From: Monocercomonoides exilis PA203
Lineage: Eukaryota; Protista; Preaxostyla
Direction: 5' to 3'
NCBI GenBank assembly: GCA_001643675.2
Contig: LSRY02000031.1
Span: 496,001 to 560,000 of the forward strand
DNA length: 64,000 nt
A program made the translations under genes and the position numbers. The notes under the pieces were generated by a model, which was not told the DNA's origin, searched no databases, and saw nothing but the letters and a program-made list of their open reading frames with translations. Below are positions 58,451 to 64,000 of this stretch, one piece after another (positions within the stretch are counted from its first letter, which is position 1; each line of letters starts with the position of its first letter).

Positions 58451-61400
58451 AAAGAAGAAAGAGAAGCAGCAGAAGACAGAGTGGAGAAGGCAGAGGAGGC
58501 TGTGGAGGGCTGAGAAATCTGCTCTGTCGAAGAGAAAGTTTGCGGCTGCTGTTGTTGTTGTCCATTTGATTTGAGTGTGTTGTTCTTCTGTTGAGGCTGC
58601 ATGGGCATTGGAAGGGTGCTCCCAAATGCACTTGCTCCTCTCGAAGGAGGAGGAAGCGGCTTCCTATTCCTTTCATTCTCTTTCTCCTTCTCCTTCTCCT
58701 TCTCTTTCCCTTTAAACCTCCCAAACCCTCCAAACGTCTGACCTTGTGTGAGTGTGGCTTCAGTGTATGCCTTCATCGCCATGCTGTCCATTGTTGGGGT
58801 GTGTGGAATCGGAGCATCTCCTCCAAACACCTGCGACACAAAGCCGATCATCGATGCTGCTTCCAGCCGGAGTGAAAGAGGAAGAGTGAGCGAGCGGGCA
58901 AAGCCAGCTGCCGCGTTGAGGCATTCAGAAAGAGCGAAGGGAATCCACAGGGGAAACTGGTCATAGAACATTGTGCGGAAGGCGTTGAAGGCTTCTTCAG
59001 CGAGTTTCTCTTCGTCCCTTGCGAGGGAGGCGTATATGAGCATGACAACCGCCCAGCCGTTCTCGAGGATGTGATAGCGTGTTGTGCAGATGCTGGTGAT
59101 GAACTGGAGCAGCTGGTCGCGCACACGGAAGGGGATGGAAGGCTCAAAAGGTCTGGTGAGCTGGAGGGAGGTGGAGTTGGCGCGGCGGAGGAGAGGTGGA
59201 GAGGAAGAAGGGAAGGGGGACTGGAATTGGGGGGAGCCTGAGACAGGAGGAGGTGAGGAGATGGAGAGGGAGGAGCGGGGGCGAGAGATGGAGAAGGCAG
59301 AAGAGGAAGAGGAAGATGAAGATGAAGAAATATTTGAAGAAGAAGACGACGATGAAATAACTGGTGATTGTGCAGGTGCCACTGCTGCTTCTCGCTCTCC
59401 GTTCAGCTGATCAATGTCCGTGTGATGGTAATGCTTCTGCGATGAATGCGATGAATGTGTTGATTGGGGTGTCCATGTGTCTGCAGGTAAGTCTTCGCCA
59501 TCTCCCACTTCACCAGGGATAGCAGTGAGTGCTAAGGAGAGGTTGAGGATTTCGCAGAGAGGAAGGAGAATGAACGACTGGAAGAGATGGCTGTGCTTGG
59601 CAGAGGAAAGGGGAGAGGAAAGAGAAACAAGAGAGGATGAGCCAGATTGAGGAGAACAGGAAGAAGATGAGGAAGAAGAAGATGATGATGATGAACCAAT
59701 TGTGGGTGATGAGCTTCGTTGTGGAGAAGCAGCAGACAGAGAAGAGTAGCCATCCAAAGAGCCGAACTGGGCTGATATGTAAGGCGATGTTAGAGATGTA
59801 GCAGAAGAAGAAGATGAAGCAGAAGAAGGTCTCAAAGAGGAGAATTTAAAGGAAGAAATGGCAGGAGACTGGAGCAGAGAAGAGAGAGTGAGGGTGTGTG
59901 GCTGGTGGTTGGCAGCAAGCGAGGCAGCAGACGGTTGTGACAAAAGAGAAGAAGAAGAAGAAGCAGAAGAAGAAGCACTTTTCTCATCCAACGTGAATGG
60001 CTCGTTCCACAACAGCTGGTTCTGCCGCTCAGCTGGAGGGATGGCTGTGTAGTGTGCCACAAGCAACGAGCTCACCATCACAAAGAGGATGTTTGTGAGG
60101 GTGAGCGACACCTCGCTGTCGACAGAGGAGCCGATCATGCGCACGAAATGGCCAGCAAGCAGAGGCCAGAGGGAATCCCACAGCGGAAAGAAAGGACGCA
60201 TGCCAACATTCAGCTCAAATACCTCCTGAATCTTCTTCGCGGCAAAAGTCGGGTTTCTGGGGGCAGCAAACAACGAAGAAGGAAACAACGAAGACGAAGT
60301 TGAAGGGCAAGTTAAGTCGAGCTCAGACACTTGACACAGGGCGACCATGAAGTCGAAGAAGCCATCATCGGGAAGAGCAACTGTGTTCTCAAAGAGGCTA
60401 TTCATCGACTGCGGAATGCGAACATCAGAGATGGCCTGCAAGTTCTGAGCATTCACCACCTCCCAGCTGCTATTTTCTGAGCGAGGGGCAAGGGGAGTGA
60501 AGCAGGCAGAGTACAACGTGTCTGTGCTGAGGGAAGGGAAGAGAAGAGGAGGAGAAGGAGCTGGGGCGACTGAACGGAAGGAGCTGGCGTGGGTGAGCTG
60601 GGGAGGCGTGCCAATAGATTGAGGAATGGCTGCCTGTTGTTGTTGTTGTGGCTGATTTTGCAATGGAAGAGGAACCTTCTGCTGAGCCTGAGATTGTGGT
60701 TGAGTCAGCTGAGGAGGCGAGGCAGCGGGGGGTGATGATGGGGGAGGAGGAGAAGAAGAAGGGGACAAATCTTCTCTTTCATCGTTAGAGGCGTTGCTGC
60801 CCAACAGCAGGGCATCTGCAATCGGCTGGAAGGAAGACAAGCAGGCGGGTGTGTTGGAAGAAAGAGGTTTTTCGCCATCGATCAGCTGCTGAATGCGAGA
60901 GACACACTGCAGAACAGTCACCCAGCTCATCCCAAGCTTGTTCATGTCTGCTTCTTTGCTTTTGTCTTTAGGCTTCTCTTTCTCTTTCTCCTTTTCTTTC
61001 TCCTTCTCCTTCTCCTTCTCCGTCTTCCCATTCAGCCCCGCACACTTCATCAGCGTCTGCAGCGCCCTCACGTGCTTCTTCTCCATCACCTCCCTCGCAA
61101 ACAGCCTCGTCATCTCCGCCAGCGCCTTCACAAGCGACGTCCTCTCCTCTTCCAGGTCGTAACAGCACGCCAAGTGAATCGAATGCTCCATCGTCGCCAG
61201 GCACAGCCGCACAAACTCCTCGCTCTCTGTCTGCCGGAACACAATCTGCACTGCATTCGAGATGGGCCCTGTGATCACCTGCATCATCAGCTTCCCGTGC
61301 TCCCGCCTTGCCTGCGCCACAGACCTCGACTTGCCTTGCTTGAGGGTGTCTGTCGGAGTCTGCGTTGCCCCAAGCTTCTGCGACGTCCTGATCTTCTCAG

Positions 61401-64000
61401 CCATCTGCTTCGTAAACAGCCTTCTCTCTTCCTCTGCCCTCTCCTTCCGCACTTTCGCCAGCTCCTTCGGCTTCAGCCTCTTCTTCTCCTCTTCCAGCGC
61501 CAGCTGCGTCCGCTCGTCGTCGTCCCCGACAATTTTTATCTCGTTCTGGCACATCCTGTCATACATTGCACTCAGCTCTTCTTCCGTCAGCCCTGTCTCT
61601 TCATTCTGTGAATAGAACGTCTCCTTCGTGTAACCAGCAAGCATCCCTGTGTGCGCAAACGAGTGCACCATCATCAGCGTGTACGCCAGCAGATACACTT
61701 TGTCTTCGTCGTCTGGCCTCTTCGGGTTCTGCTCGTGATACACTGACCCAAACACCTCAAGAATACGATCAATCTTCTGCCCTTCGCCAGGAATGCGAAA
61801 CTGAGACAGGAACAGCCTCAATGCACCATCCACAGGCAGCCCTTCCAGCCGCAGCGACGACAGAAACGAGCGGAGCACGGCGATGTTGAATTTGTCCGAT
61901 TCTCCGAAGAATTCTCCGAGCTTCGTCGGAGAAATACCCGCGCTGGTTGAGACAAACCTCGCAATGGACTCTGGGGTGTGTTCAAACAAACCCTTGTTGA
62001 CTACAAATTCCACTCCCTTTTTCGGTTTCTCATTGAAAATGCGTACGCCTTCGTTGATCAGCATCTTCGCATTCTTCACCTGCTCAATGGCCAAAAGGTT
62101 GGTTTCTGTGGCACTTCTGCTCATGCTGTGTGAGAAGGATGAAGGGAAAGTGACTGAAGAAAAGGAAGAGGAAGAGGAAGTTGAAGAGGAAGAAGAGGAA
62201 GAAGGCAATGATGATGTGGGTGATGTGTTTGAGTTGTTGTTGCTTCCTTTTTGCTCTCCATTCACTTTATCTTCTGCTCCATTCACACTCCCTTCACGAA
62301 TAGAAGATGCTTCACTGTCTTTTGTGTCATCTGGTTTTTTCTCCTCCTTCTCTTTCTCTTTCTCTTTCTCTTCTTCCTTCTCCTTCTTATTCTTATTCTC
62401 TCCTTCTCCTCCCTCACCCACCGTAGAAGCAGCAGCTGTAGCATCAGACACAATCACGCCTCCCGTCTTCATCTTGATCTGCCCTTCTGTCCCTTCCCAC
62501 TTCGCCACTTCTGCATTCCCTCCTTTCGCTGCAAACTCCGACAGCGCTCGTGTGATCGTCTCTAAACTGCGCAGCCCCCACTCTTGCAGGTGCATCTGCT
62601 CTTGTGTTGCCTTGAGTGTTTGAGAGGAAGAAGAGGAGGAGGAAGATGATGTGACCGATGAAGAATCAGGAGCTGGGGCGAGTAATGAGGAGGAGGAGGA
62701 GGCGTCGCTTCCGGGAAAGGCAGAGGAAGATGCTGTTGCCAAAGAAGACGATGAAGAAGTATTTGAAGCAGAAGCAGAAGCAGAAGATGAAAAGGAAGAA
62801 GTAGAAGAAGAACTGCTTCCACTGTTGGCATTCCCATCAGCACCAGCCAGCGCGCCTATTGAAAACGGCTGTGCCAATTTTGTGATGGAGAGGATGAGTG
62901 TCTCAAAGAGGTTTGTTTCATACAGCCGGCAGTCGAAGTTGAGGAAGATGTTAGCAAGCAGCTGCCCATCCTCAAAGAGCGGTGTGAATATCTCCAAAAA
63001 CGAGATCTTTTCGGGGATTTGCGTCTCTTCTGCCTGCAGCACACGCAGATACACCATCAGCAGCGTCTCAAACTCCGTCCGGAAGCGCAGTCCAAACAGC
63101 TTCGTGATCTGCGCGATGAGGGCGACGGAGAAGCGGAAAATGTGCGGGTTGGGGAAGCCGGCATTCGACAGCACGGCAGGGACGACCTGGTGCTGCACAA
63201 TGCGGGTGAGCTGGCTGTCTCCCCGGAGCACATCGCCGCAGCGCATGAGGATCGACAGCAGCGTCTGGAGAGAGACGATTCGCTGCTTGAGTGAAAGCTC
63301 AGAGGCGAATGTGCCGTCGGGAAGGAGGGAGGCAGTGGGGTTGTGCGAGGGAGATGCACTGCTGTTGGAGGAAGAAGAAGATGATGATGATGATGAAGAG
63401 GAGGAGGAGGGTTGCAATGAAGAGGAGGGTGGAGTGGAAGATGAGGAGGTGGAAGAGGAAGAAGAGTCCGAAGAGGATTGAGTATTTGAGGCTTCTTTTT
63501 TAAGAGCTTGGGCAGCCGGAGTTATTCTGTTATAAAAAGATAAATTTCATTGTCAAAGAGTATTATGGAAAATTTTCACATTTTGAACAAATTTATATTT
63601 AATATTATATTTTTTCATAAAAAATAGATTATTTTTAGAACGTAAAATGATTTAATAATGAAAGAAGAAGTGCTCATACCCTCCAACCTCATTTGTTGAT
63701 GTCTGACAAAGAAGCTCTAAAAGTTGAATGCAGTCTTCAGTTGCAGTTGTTAGTTCTTCCACTGAATTCGCATCTTCTGTTTTGGTTTTGTCATTCAAAG
63801 CAGCTTCCTTTATTTTCTTCAATTTCATAAAGAATGTAACGCTCAATTGCTGAAGTGTAATAATAGCGGAATCTCGAAGTGAAGCGCTGGAAGGATCAAG
63901 ATGAATCCTCATGATATGTCGAAATGCAACTTTAAACATATCTGAATGAATTTGGCAATGCCCTGAAGTGACCAATGAAGTGTAGACTTTTAAAACATTT
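54130..64000 (-). CDS. Large Sec7-domain ARF-GEF (BIG/GBF family), 5'-truncated by the window edge; intron 63527..63679
   Basis: Sec7 domain FNEKPKKG..KLGEFFGE..FRIPGEGQKIDR with the catalytic Glu intact; HUS box FLNFDC; HDS-like segments downstream. The GT-AG intron joins 63680+ to 63526 in frame. Confidence 0.9.

Overview
AT-rich eukaryotic (protist) genomic DNA with short GT-AG introns (mostly ~50-65 nt), read in the standard genetic code. From memory, the gene families resemble those of the oxymonad Monocercomonoides (not checked against a database). The left ~27 kb is an accessory region. It holds two paralogous 2-intron helical-protein genes, decayed coding remnants, an orphan ectodomain fragment, two dead pogo/Fot-like DD35D transposons, a 2595-aa beta-helix/TM/pseudokinase receptor, and a nested pair of TIR elements that sit in (AAAT)n microsatellites. 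The right ~37 kb is gene-dense. It holds a coactosin-like ADF-H gene, a 7-exon PZP (PHD-Zn knuckle-PHD) chromatin reader head-to-head with a ~3980-aa CCR4/PDE12-like EEP protein, a second giant receptor pseudokinase, and a BIG/GBF-type Sec7 ARF-GEF truncated by the window end. The strongest candidates for undescribed biology are: (1) the giant, apparently catalytically dead, possibly myristoylated EEP protein; (2) the microsatellite-targeting TIR element that appears to have inserted into a copy of itself; (3) a mosaic receptor-pseudokinase family with divergent ectodomains, conserved tails and a loose ectodomain fragment. No rRNA, tRNA or CRISPR array was recognised.
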